DNA of 32,000 nucleotides from Candidatus Saccharimonadota bacterium (GTDB lineage: Bacteria; Patescibacteriota; Saccharimonadia; Saccharimonadales; Saccharimonadaceae). The DNA is taken from the NCBI GenBank assembly GCA_020160975.1, contig JAIUPJ010000001.1, forward strand, positions 540,001-572,000. Reading direction: 5' to 3'. Each line of letters opens with the position of its first letter. The stretch's first letter is position 1. A program made the position numbers and the translations under genes. Shown one piece after another: positions 8,549 to 16,813 of the stretch. The notes beneath the pieces are model-generated. The model ran no database searches, was not told where the DNA came from, and saw only the letters and a program-made list of their open reading frames with translations.

Positions 8549-8568
8549 ATTCCAGCAAAGGAGGGTAT

Positions 8569-9105
8569 ATGATAAAAGGCTTATTGATCAGTATTTGTGC
8601 AGTCATCGTTATTGGACTCTTATTCATGTTTCCAGGCGACACCATAAGTTCTGATGATATACACGACTACACGCTAAACAAAGCCTACCTTGCAAAAAAT
8701 ACCGAGCAGTATGCTCGATGTTACAATTCTGTAAATTACGGTACTTCAGGATTGACCGACATCGAACTTGCATTAATGAGTGAACATTTTAACGATCCAC
8801 GGGTTAGTTCCGAAACGATGAAGCCAATTGAGCAAAGCTTCATGAATGAAGTAAAACAAAAATGCGATAAATTCATCAATGATTACGAGTCTGCATATAA
8901 AAAAGTCGAAGCTATTCAGAGTAAATCCCAAAGTTTAAGGGTCGGATGGCGAACATTTGTGTTTGGTAGCGGGAATCAATCAATGCCATCTGGTGAAATT
9001 TTTCAATACAGCCCTTCGAGTGCTCGAATGAAAACATCTTTTAATGATTATGTTTTTACGGAGCAAGATGCAACTGAATATTTTAAGAAACAGCTAAATT
9101 TGTGA
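8569..9105 (+). CDS. hypothetical membrane-anchored protein
   Basis: 178 aa. Strong Shine-Dalgarno (AAGGAGGG). N-terminal TM helix LLISICAVIVIGLLFMF. No family recognised. Confidence 0.55.
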   Translation: MIKGLLISICAVIVIGLLFMFPGDTISSDDIHDYTLNKAYLAKNTEQYARCYNSVNYGTSGLTDIELALMSEHFNDPRVSSETMKPIEQSFMNEVKQKCDKFINDYESAYKKVEAIQSKSQSLRVGWRTFVFGSGNQSMPSGEIFQYSPSSARMKTSFNDYVFTEQDATEYFKKQLNL

Positions 9106-9166
9106 TTATTAGAGAGTATTTGGCATATAATTAAAACAACATGTCAAACAAAGTTAAGAGCGTATT

Positions 9167-10465
9167 GTGACTTCAAATGGCGCTACGTCAATATGGAGTG
9201 GCTACAACCATCAAGGTAGGGTTGGTCTATTTGTCGGCTTACGTGAGCTTAATAGATTAAAAGCGGCTGGAATTCAAGATTTCAGTAAATGGAAACTGAT
9301 ATTTGAGCTTGGCGAAGATTTCCAGATTATTCATGAGCTTGGCGAAGATTCTATTGAAGTCATATCTAGACATCAGGTGAAAGCGTATAACTCGACTGCA
9401 TTTTCAAAGTATTCTCATGTCTTCACTCGTCATCAGAAAAAGAACTCCAAGGATGAACTTATGACTAATGACGACGGAACTCCTCTTATGGAGGATGGAT
9501 TCAATGAAGATGGAGTGCCGGAGAGTGGTCGTTTTATTCATGTCATTAAAGATTTAGATATTAAGGGCTGGCAAAATGATTACGGTATTCAACTGTATGA
9601 ATATCCACCTAAAAAAGAGGGCGATTCACCTAAAAAGTATTGTGATTTCTCGAACTCAACAAGTTCCGATGACGAGCTGATGACATTGGCTATATTAGAG
9701 ATTGAGCGTGCTACCGGTAAGGGCACGGCTGAAGCGTCTTTAATTTGGAAGGAATTACAGCACAGCCTACAAGCCAGAATAAGTGTTGCACACCACACAA
9801 AATCTTTCGCTGAATATCAATTAGACGAGTTGCAAGCTGCTACCACTCAGCCTGAAGGTTTAGCTGCTTACGATGCCGACAAGAACCGCAGAAGCATATT
9901 GGAATACGCCGACGATTTTATAGGTGAACGGGAAGACCTGCCGACGTTCACTGACGCCGAGAGAGTTCGAGTTGTTAGGTATATCCAAGATCTTACTACG
10001 CTAAACAACGATTCTCTATTGGCGAGTCTGCGTTACCTTCATATAAATAATAGTAGGTTCTTAGACGTAAATAGTAACGGCATGAAAAAGGTTGTCTATG
10101 CAACGCTAAGTAAGATTGAAAGTCGTGAATATGAATCCAACTGCATTCAATACAATATTGATGGTTCATCCTATATTCTTACTGTCATTAATGAAATGAA
10201 GCAGGGGAATGATGATGCTCAGCAAGGAACAAATAAATGGCAGACGGAAAGAATTGTCCAGGCTTTGTTGGATAAGGATGTTGCACTAACTTTTAAAAAG
10301 GCAAAGATTGTTAACGAATCCTTGGACGCAAACTTTGATGAGCTTCTGGGTGAAGAACTCTTAACGTCTTTCATTGCAGGAAAGAAAGTGTATGACATTA
10401 TTGAACCGGCACCTTTAGAGTTCGTGTCTGTCGATAGGGCTATTAGCGAGATTAACGGAGAGTAA
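9167..10465 (+). CDS. Lamassu LmuA-like effector with N-terminal Cap4/DUF4297-type nuclease motif
   Basis: 432 aa with a GTG start. N-terminal G-Y-x-x-Q (SGYNHQGRVGL), acidic E-x-x-E-D block (FELGEDF / HELGEDS), then QVK. This is the pattern of Cap4-type PD-(D/E)xK nucleases. It is the first gene of a coupled trio. Confidence 0.55.
   Translation: MTSNGATSIWSGYNHQGRVGLFVGLRELNRLKAAGIQDFSKWKLIFELGEDFQIIHELGEDSIEVISRHQVKAYNSTAFSKYSHVFTRHQKKNSKDELMTNDDGTPLMEDGFNEDGVPESGRFIHVIKDLDIKGWQNDYGIQLYEYPPKKEGDSPKKYCDFSNSTSSDDELMTLAILEIERATGKGTAEASLIWKELQHSLQARISVAHHTKSFAEYQLDELQAATTQPEGLAAYDADKNRRSILEYADDFIGEREDLPTFTDAERVRVVRYIQDLTTLNNDSLLASLRYLHINNSRFLDVNSNGMKKVVYATLSKIESREYESNCIQYNIDGSSYILTVINEMKQGNDDAQQGTNKWQTERIVQALLDKDVALTFKKAKIVNESLDANFDELLGEELLTSFIAGKKVYDIIEPAPLEFVSVDRAISEINGE
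9304..9350 (+). repeat. 17-bp exact direct repeat TGAGCTTGGCGAAGATT, 30-bp period, inside the nuclease motif
   Basis: Copies at 9304-9320 and 9334-9350. They are in-frame and encode ELGED twice. Confidence 0.9.
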
Positions 10466-10470
10466 GGATT

Positions 10471-11184
10471 GTGGAAGATATAGTAGTCAAGCTTCTTGAG
10501 GCTAATGGATATAAGACTCTCGGTAGCATACCGGAAATAGGTATATATACATACGAATCCGAAATGCTAAAAGACGTAGTAATCGTTGCTCCGTATAGCA
10601 CAGGTGACTTAAATGCTTTTGAGAACTCTGATATAACTCACTCTGTAATGGATCAATTTGATTTGGCTTGTAAGCGTAATTCGAATGCCCTCAAAGACAC
10701 TTCATTAATAATTTGCCATAAGGTTGAGAACTCAATTGATATTGATGAGGCTAGAAATATTATTCTAAAAGTCGAAGAAAATACGTTTGGCTTTAGAAAA
10801 TATGTACTACCTTATACGACAGATTCGATCCAAGAGATTGCGAAACTAAGCTCAGGTGATATTACCCAAAACCTATCTGCAAAGTTGCAAGAAGGTTTTA
10901 GCTCATATGCAGAATCAAGTGCGGATAGTCAAATCTCAGAGTATGAAACAATTTTACGAATTTATAGTAAGCTTCCTTTCCTAAACTACATACGAGAAGA
11001 AAACGAGTGGGCTTCGCTAGAAGGCTTTCTAGAAGAGAAACTGAGCGTCCATCAATCTACCCGACAGATGGTCGAGCAATATAATTTAGATGAATCCTAT
11101 ACGGTTACGGATGATGAAATTGCGAAGTTTTTGGACACTGAGGTAATCAAGAGTTTCTTGGAATCCGGAGAGGGTGAGCAGTAA
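10471..11184 (+). CDS. Lamassu LmuC-like / ABC-3C middle-component candidate
   Basis: 237 aa acidic protein. Separated by 5 nt from the upstream gene and by a TAATG overlap from the downstream SMC-like ATPase. Assigned by position only. Confidence 0.45.
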   Translation: MEDIVVKLLEANGYKTLGSIPEIGIYTYESEMLKDVVIVAPYSTGDLNAFENSDITHSVMDQFDLACKRNSNALKDTSLIICHKVENSIDIDEARNIILKVEENTFGFRKYVLPYTTDSIQEIAKLSSGDITQNLSAKLQEGFSSYAESSADSQISEYETILRIYSKLPFLNYIREENEWASLEGFLEEKLSVHQSTRQMVEQYNLDESYTVTDDEIAKFLDTEVIKSFLESGEGEQ

Positions 11185-13805
11185 TGAATATAAAACTACA
11201 CAGTATTACGATTACTGACTTCAAGGGTATATCGGGTGAGCATGTTGTTGATCTTGAATCAGATATAACCTTCCTAAGTGGGCCAAATGGCTACGGTAAA
11301 ACAACTATTTACGATGCTATTGAACTATGTCTTACAGGCAAGATCTTGAGGATTGATGAAGCAAAAAGTGGAGAGAATGCAAGTAAAAGACATCAAAGGT
11401 CTATATTGCACAATGACCCAACAAAAGACATAAGAATCGAACTCGATGTTACATGCGAAGATGAAAGAAGAATTATTAAAGTTAAATGTGCGCGGGTTAT
11501 CGATAGGCAGCCGTTTATTGACTGGTCGGCTTTCCAGAGAAGTACTCATAGCATTGCAGGTGAACAGTTGGAAAGCGATGCTAAGTGGCCAAATTTATCA
11601 TCCGAAAACTATAAGTTATTTACTTATTTACAGCAGAGCGATAGCACCTTCTTTTTAAAGCTTGCGCAAAAGGCGAGGCATGACATCTTGACTCCACTGA
11701 TAGACGCCGGTGGTTATGAGGACGAGAGAAATAAGATTGAGCAGTTCAAGAAGAGGGTGGGTACATACAAAACTTATCTAAAATCTAAGCTTGATTCATT
11801 CGATACAACTCTAGACCAGCCATCGGGTGAGGCTATTGAATATGAGAAAATGATCAAAGCAGATGTTACGCAAGACTACGACAGCGCAAATCCTTTTGAT
11901 CGCTTAACAAGTGATCTTGCAAAAGTGAAACGGGCAGATCTAATACGAAAGCTTGATGAAATTGAAAGTTTTTTGAATAACTTCAGCCCAGACGATTACG
12001 TAAAAAGCGAACGGTATAAATTACTCACGAGATTTTCAAGAGACAAAGACTTCTTAAATTTCTTGGTTTTACGGAATGTAATGGATCAAGACAGTACGGT
12101 AAACACCTCTAGGGACAGAGTAAAGGTTCGTAATTTTACAAAAGATGTAACTATCCTAAGAAAATATATCTTGCGTAAAGAGTTAGCCTTAGATAGGTAT
12201 AACCAGCTTAAAGATGAGTCAGAAGTATTTTACTATCAGAATCGCGCTATTTTTATTGAAGACACAAAGCAGCGTCCAGTAGATGCAATATTGTCCTTCA
12301 TCGCTCAAGCAACCAATCAGTTTACGCCCGAAGAAAAACAAGACGCTACTAAGTATTTGGATGCATATAAGCCTATTGCGGAGTCTGTCGGCGTATATGG
12401 TAGACTCCTTTCGGAACTACAGCGGCTACGAAGCGAATTAATTGTGAACACCAAGACCCTTCATGATCATGACCATAATTTTGTAGAAGACAAATGTCCG
12501 TATTGCGGAGCTAAGTATACAACCCACCAGGAACTCATTGAATCAATTTCCAAGCAAACAGAAGAAGTCGAAAACCTAAAGGGTGAATCTGTTAAAAAAC
12601 TTTCGAGCTTAGAAAAGGAAATTAGAGATATTTTTGTTGCAGGTTTGATTAGTAACCTTTCTAAGTTTAAGCCTAGCGCACTTATATTTGAACAATTGAA
12701 ATCGACCGGTGCTCTAAGTAGGATAGACTTAGAACGTAATGAGTTAATAGATAAGGTGCTGCCCCAAGCAAGTAAAAGATTATCTCCAATTCAAGATTGG
12801 GAAACTAATATTCAGATTGTTGAATCAATAAGAAACTTGCAGCAATACATTGAAGAAAATACATCTCAAGGCGAGCTAGTCTTGGTTGATCTTCTAGATG
12901 AGCTTTATAGCAAAAACTACGATACCGAACTAGCTGTCTTATCTAGACTCAATTTTGAACTGAATGATGATCTTGTTGCGTCGTCTCAGCAAATGCCAAG
13001 TCTAGAGGATGTGATAGATAAGCAAGAGCGATTGAGTGAAATGCTAAGTCAAAAAGCGGCAACAATTGAATACAATCCCGGCTCAGTACTCGAGGAACAT
13101 GTTGCAATATATAAATCAATTTTCGACAGAAATAAGGAATATGTAGATTTCGCAAAGTCAAAAATTAAGGCAAAGCGGTTATATATAGATCAAGAGTATA
13201 GCAAGTCATTTGTAGAAAATAGAAAGCTTATAGAGTTAAAGCTTAAGCAAACAATTACACTTTCGTCTAAGGTTACTGGTCTTTTGGATATGTACAATGA
13301 GGCACTTAAAGAGTATCAGAAGAAAATCACTAAAGACCTGCAACTGCCTTTCTACTTGTACAGCTCAAAAATACTTCAAAATAGCCCACAATGTGATGGT
13401 ATATTTATGCACTCTCAAAAAGAAAGTAAGACCGTCGTGTTCACTACCGCTAGAGGCGAAACCTTAGATGCGGCTCATCAACTCAGCTCTGGGCAGCTTG
13501 TGGTGGTTTCTATGGCGTTCTATTTAGCGATGAACACAGTTTATCCGCAGAAGAGTACTAAACTTATGCTGATAGATGATCCAATTCAGGATCTAGATGT
13601 ACTAAACGTACATTCGCTTACCGAGCTTTTGAGGAGAAAGTTTATTGGTGAGTATCAGTTGATCATGTCTACGCATAATGAGTTAGATATAAACTATATG
13701 AGATACAAATTTAGTACTGCAATATCAAAAGATAGGATTAAGAATGTTAATGTGCAAGAACTATTCTTTGACACTGTTGCAAGTAATGATGAAAATGACT
13801 TATGA
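11184..13805 (+). CDS. Rad50/SMC-like ABC ATPase (LmuB-like) with central zinc hook
   Basis: 873 aa. Walker A GPNGYGKTT. CPYC at about residue 438, the midpoint of long coiled-coil-like sequence. ABC signature LSSGQ. Walker B LMLIDDP. H-loop STHN. Confidence 0.8.
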   Translation: MNIKLHSITITDFKGISGEHVVDLESDITFLSGPNGYGKTTIYDAIELCLTGKILRIDEAKSGENASKRHQRSILHNDPTKDIRIELDVTCEDERRIIKVKCARVIDRQPFIDWSAFQRSTHSIAGEQLESDAKWPNLSSENYKLFTYLQQSDSTFFLKLAQKARHDILTPLIDAGGYEDERNKIEQFKKRVGTYKTYLKSKLDSFDTTLDQPSGEAIEYEKMIKADVTQDYDSANPFDRLTSDLAKVKRADLIRKLDEIESFLNNFSPDDYVKSERYKLLTRFSRDKDFLNFLVLRNVMDQDSTVNTSRDRVKVRNFTKDVTILRKYILRKELALDRYNQLKDESEVFYYQNRAIFIEDTKQRPVDAILSFIAQATNQFTPEEKQDATKYLDAYKPIAESVGVYGRLLSELQRLRSELIVNTKTLHDHDHNFVEDKCPYCGAKYTTHQELIESISKQTEEVENLKGESVKKLSSLEKEIRDIFVAGLISNLSKFKPSALIFEQLKSTGALSRIDLERNELIDKVLPQASKRLSPIQDWETNIQIVESIRNLQQYIEENTSQGELVLVDLLDELYSKNYDTELAVLSRLNFELNDDLVASSQQMPSLEDVIDKQERLSEMLSQKAATIEYNPGSVLEEHVAIYKSIFDRNKEYVDFAKSKIKAKRLYIDQEYSKSFVENRKLIELKLKQTITLSSKVTGLLDMYNEALKEYQKKITKDLQLPFYLYSSKILQNSPQCDGIFMHSQKESKTVVFTTARGETLDAAHQLSSGQLVVVSMAFYLAMNTVYPQKSTKLMLIDDPIQDLDVLNVHSLTELLRRKFIGEYQLIMSTHNELDINYMRYKFSTAISKDRIKNVNVQELFFDTVASNDENDL

Positions 13806-13860
13806 ACTGATATCACGAAGACTTAGCAAAAATGCGATGAATTGAGAGGTTAATGTTTGA

Positions 13861-14109
13861 ATGAATTGGAATGAAATAAAAGATAAAAGTGGCAAATGCA
13901 AAATTATTGCAGATTTGAGCATATTGAAGGACTCTTATACACCAACGTCTGCTCAAGATATCATTGATAAAAAGGGTGTCGAAGCCTTTTATAAAGACGC
14001 AAGTAAGAAAATCCCGGAGAAATCAGTCGGGCGTAAGTTGGGCTATATTCGAGGGAATCCGGACATGTTAATTGATGTACATTATTCCATAAATCTTATA
14101 GGCGACTAG
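13861..14109 (+). CDS. hypothetical small protein
   Basis: 82 aa. GAGAGG Shine-Dalgarno-like upstream. Its stop is 1 nt before the GIY-YIG gene start. Confidence 0.45.
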   Translation: MNWNEIKDKSGKCKIIADLSILKDSYTPTSAQDIIDKKGVEAFYKDASKKIPEKSVGRKLGYIRGNPDMLIDVHYSINLIGD

Positions 14110-14110
14110 C

Positions 14111-14524
14111 GTGAATCAAGATACTAAAAAACACTGGACTCTCTACGTACTAAGACTTCAAGACGGTAAGTTTTATGTTGGCATAACTTCCAAAACACCT
14201 GAAAAAAGAATGCAGGAGCATTTGAATGGCGTGAGAGTTGCATACTGGACGGCAAAACATAAGCCGCTAGAAATTATCCATACGGAAGATCTAGGCGTGA
14301 TTGAGAAATCAAAGGCCGAGAAACGTGAAAATAAAATGGTGCGTGCACTTATGAAACAAAGAGGCCTGAACAATGTTCGAGGCGGCGACCTTACGTCTGT
14401 CGAAGAGTATATTAAGAGGTTTGGCTATATATGGGATAAGGATGGTTGGCAGCTAATTGCCTACATTGTTTTTCTATTACTTTTACTTTCCTACTTCGTA
14501 ATTGATAAATATTTTTTGAGATAA
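14111..14524 (+). CDS. GIY-YIG nuclease domain protein with C-terminal transmembrane helix
   Basis: 137 aa with a GTG start. WTLYVLRLQDGKFYVGITS...RMQEH...EKRENKM...NVRGG matches the GIY-YIG core. C-terminal helix WQLIAYIVFLLLLLSYFVI. Confidence 0.7.
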   Translation: MNQDTKKHWTLYVLRLQDGKFYVGITSKTPEKRMQEHLNGVRVAYWTAKHKPLEIIHTEDLGVIEKSKAEKRENKMVRALMKQRGLNNVRGGDLTSVEEYIKRFGYIWDKDGWQLIAYIVFLLLLLSYFVIDKYFLR

Positions 14525-14732
14525 AAAAATTTTGCGTGCACATCAAGTACAGAACTGAGATAAGTGAAAGGGAAGGTAGGGTGTCTTTTCTTTAGAGATA
14601 ATTTATACAGGGGGGAGTAAGCTCGCAAGCAGAGAGACAGAGCAGGTGCTGGAGACTTCTACCCCTGTTGAGTGTTTAAAATCGTTGCGAAGTACGTCCA
14701 CTAGCGTGAGCCAAGTGATTATTACAACACTA

Positions 14733-14761
14733 AGATCGAGTTCTGTAGACTCGATCTTTTT
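14733..14761 (+). terminator. rho-independent terminator between convergent operons
   Basis: AGATCGAGT-TCTGTAG-ACTCGATCT (9-bp perfect stem) followed by a T-run. On the minus strand it is followed by moderately U-rich sequence. Confidence 0.6.
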
Positions 14762-14908
14762 AAATTCTACCTCTGTAAAAACTATTCTAACTGACTTAGA
14801 CCATATTCTATCATGACAACTCAACACCGAATCGATAAACCATTCTCCTAAGACTGTACGATCGCCATTTTTTGCATAGCTAATGCGTCACCTTTGTATA
14901 CCTATTTT

Positions 14909-16207
14909 TTAGCTTCTCTTCAAAAGCAAATTAAAATACTCCGTTCCCCCAAAAGGTATCTTTTGTTTCACATGTCGGGTTCCTTCTAGAGTATCTGCAG
15001 AATAAATTGTAAATGTTCCATAGAAATCGTTGATCTCATCAATAGCTTCTGTTAAGTAGCTTTCTTTTTCGTTCACGCCGAATAGATCAAGCTGGGATCG
15101 GTTAGATGGTTCAAGATTGTAAAGATACATACCCATCGTCCGTACGACCATATGCTCGGGACGTTTATCAAATATTTTCGATACCCGCTCCCAAATATCT
15201 TCATTTGTATAGCAGGGTACCTTGTACGTTTTTTTATCAACAAATCCTCCGCCTGAATTAAACGATAACCACACGCACACGCTTCGAGCTTCCATGTTAC
15301 GAAACCGTAGTTTCTTAGCGGTTGTTTCCGCCAGGAAATGAAGGCATGAACGGAGATACGTGTCATCATTTGTAGGGTTCTTTACTACCCATTGGCGACC
15401 AACCATTCCAAGTGACGTCTGGATATCATCAACTTCAAAACCTCTCAGCCGTTTATACCAATACGTGCCATTAACGCTCCTAAATATTTGCCGCTTAAGT
15501 ATACTTTCTTGTGCCGCTAAAAATTGCATCGGAGTAAATATATTATGAGCTCGCAGGCGTGAACCATAGCCGTCGGCGATACCATTTAAATCTTGCAGTT
15601 CTAGCGACTCGTACACCTTCACTATATTAGTATGGTCGATAACATCTAATCCATCCGGCTTGTGCAGTCCAGCGGCGGTCTTAGCTAAAAATCGGTTTGG
15701 TGCAATTCCGACATTGATTGTCATATAATCACCAATCTCTTTTTTTACGCGCTCTTTTATCTCATAGCCGATTTTGACTATTTCATCCGTTTTCCCTTCG
15801 AGTAGTGTTCCATGAAAGTCGAGAATACCTTCGTCGATACTCTTCATCTTCACGTGCGGGGTGTAGTCTTTCATGATTGCACATAGCTTTTCATATACGT
15901 GGTGGTATTTTGGTGGATCAGTTTCGAGCATGATAAATTCAGGGCATTTTGCCAAAGCTTCTGTGCGGCGACATCCGACTTTTATGCCTAGTTTTTTCGC
16001 CTCGTAGCTTGCCGCGATAACACAACACTCCTTACTGAGCCTATTTGTTACACCAATCGGCTTACCTCTCAGCGAAGGATGAGCTTGCTGCTCGGCAGTC
16101 GCAAATGCACTATTAAGATCTATCCACATGACACTTGGCTTTTCAGTATTTAGTCCAAACGGATTACTCATCGGAAATCTCCTGGTATCATGCATACGAG
16201 TGTCCAT
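14909..16207 (-). CDS. Y-family (UmuC-like) translesion DNA polymerase
   Basis: 432 aa. WIDLNSAFATAE (UmuC-type D-x-N-S-F). SYEAKKLGIK. SIDEGILDF. C-terminal UmuC-like tail LTEAIDEINDFYG. Confidence 0.85.
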   Translation of the reverse strand: MDTRMHDTRRFPMSNPFGLNTEKPSVMWIDLNSAFATAEQQAHPSLRGKPIGVTNRLSKECCVIAASYEAKKLGIKVGCRRTEALAKCPEFIMLETDPPKYHHVYEKLCAIMKDYTPHVKMKSIDEGILDFHGTLLEGKTDEIVKIGYEIKERVKKEIGDYMTINVGIAPNRFLAKTAAGLHKPDGLDVIDHTNIVKVYESLELQDLNGIADGYGSRLRAHNIFTPMQFLAAQESILKRQIFRSVNGTYWYKRLRGFEVDDIQTSLGMVGRQWVVKNPTNDDTYLRSCLHFLAETTAKKLRFRNMEARSVCVWLSFNSGGGFVDKKTYKVPCYTNEDIWERVSKIFDKRPEHMVVRTMGMYLYNLEPSNRSQLDLFGVNEKESYLTEAIDEINDFYGTFTIYSADTLEGTRHVKQKIPFGGTEYFNLLLKRS

Positions 16208-16443
16208 GTTAAATGCTCGGCGTCATATTCTAGACGATAATCATTGCATCCATCCGAGACATCAAAAACATGAATCATACGCTTTCCTTTTGCGGTGGGA
16301 TGACGCATACCTAACTGCGTAAATTGTATCTCCTGATCTTTCCAGCGCATTTTGTAGGGAACAGCAAGTGTACTAATATCACCGTGCTTTTTATAAAGCA
16401 CAACCATATCAACACGCTCATTTATCTCAATTGTCGGATCCAT
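16168..16443 (-). CDS. hypothetical small protein co-transcribed with the Y-family polymerase
   Basis: 91 aa. Overlaps the polymerase start by 40 nt. AGGA Shine-Dalgarno upstream. No S24 (UmuD) motifs and no YolD-like RGxIKW motif recognised. Confidence 0.5.
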   Translation of the reverse strand: MDPTIEINERVDMVVLYKKHGDISTLAVPYKMRWKDQEIQFTQLGMRHPTAKGKRMIHVFDVSDGCNDYRLEYDAEHLTWTLVCMIPGDFR

Positions 16444-16457
16444 ACAAAAACTATCCT

Positions 16458-16473
16458 GATTAATCGTTTAATC
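16458..16473. promoter_or_regulatory. palindrome GATTAA-N4-TTAATC just upstream of the polymerase operon RBS
   Basis: 6-bp perfect arms at 16458-16463 and 16468-16473, 15-30 nt upstream of the start codon at 16443. Candidate operator only. Confidence 0.25.
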
Positions 16474-16813
16474 TGTAAAAAACGGATTTAGATTGTAGTA
16501 GCGGGATAGGAGTAGAGCCGTTCACTCAAGTGCCATAAACCGATACTGGAAGTTTTGATAGCGCACAGGGACCGGAGTGTGATTGCTAGAATATGTATGA
16601 ATAAAGCTTAAGATCTAATCAAATGATTGAAATTATAGCTGTATATATGTTAACAAGATTTATTGGTAAAAGTAAGACACTGCACGTATGAATCAATAAG
16701 TAAGCATAACAGAGGCAATATTTTAATTGAGGTGCTTGTGTCTCCATTGCAAGCAACAACGTACCTCCAAGCGGTAGCAAAGTCTAGCGAAAAGTGAGAT
16801 AATATACGAAATT

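Noticed and set aside
14603-14827. 74-aa minus-strand ORF in the GIY-YIG/polymerase intergenic region
   Set aside because: It spans the bidirectional terminator hairpin. It has no Shine-Dalgarno and no recognisable features. The region is better treated as non-coding.
16444-16520. Canonical SOS (LexA) box upstream of the Y-family polymerase operon
   Set aside because: Neither CTGT-N8-ACAG nor GAAC-N4-GTTC is present. Only the unrelated GATTAA-N4-TTAATC palindrome is there, and I report it as a low-confidence operator.
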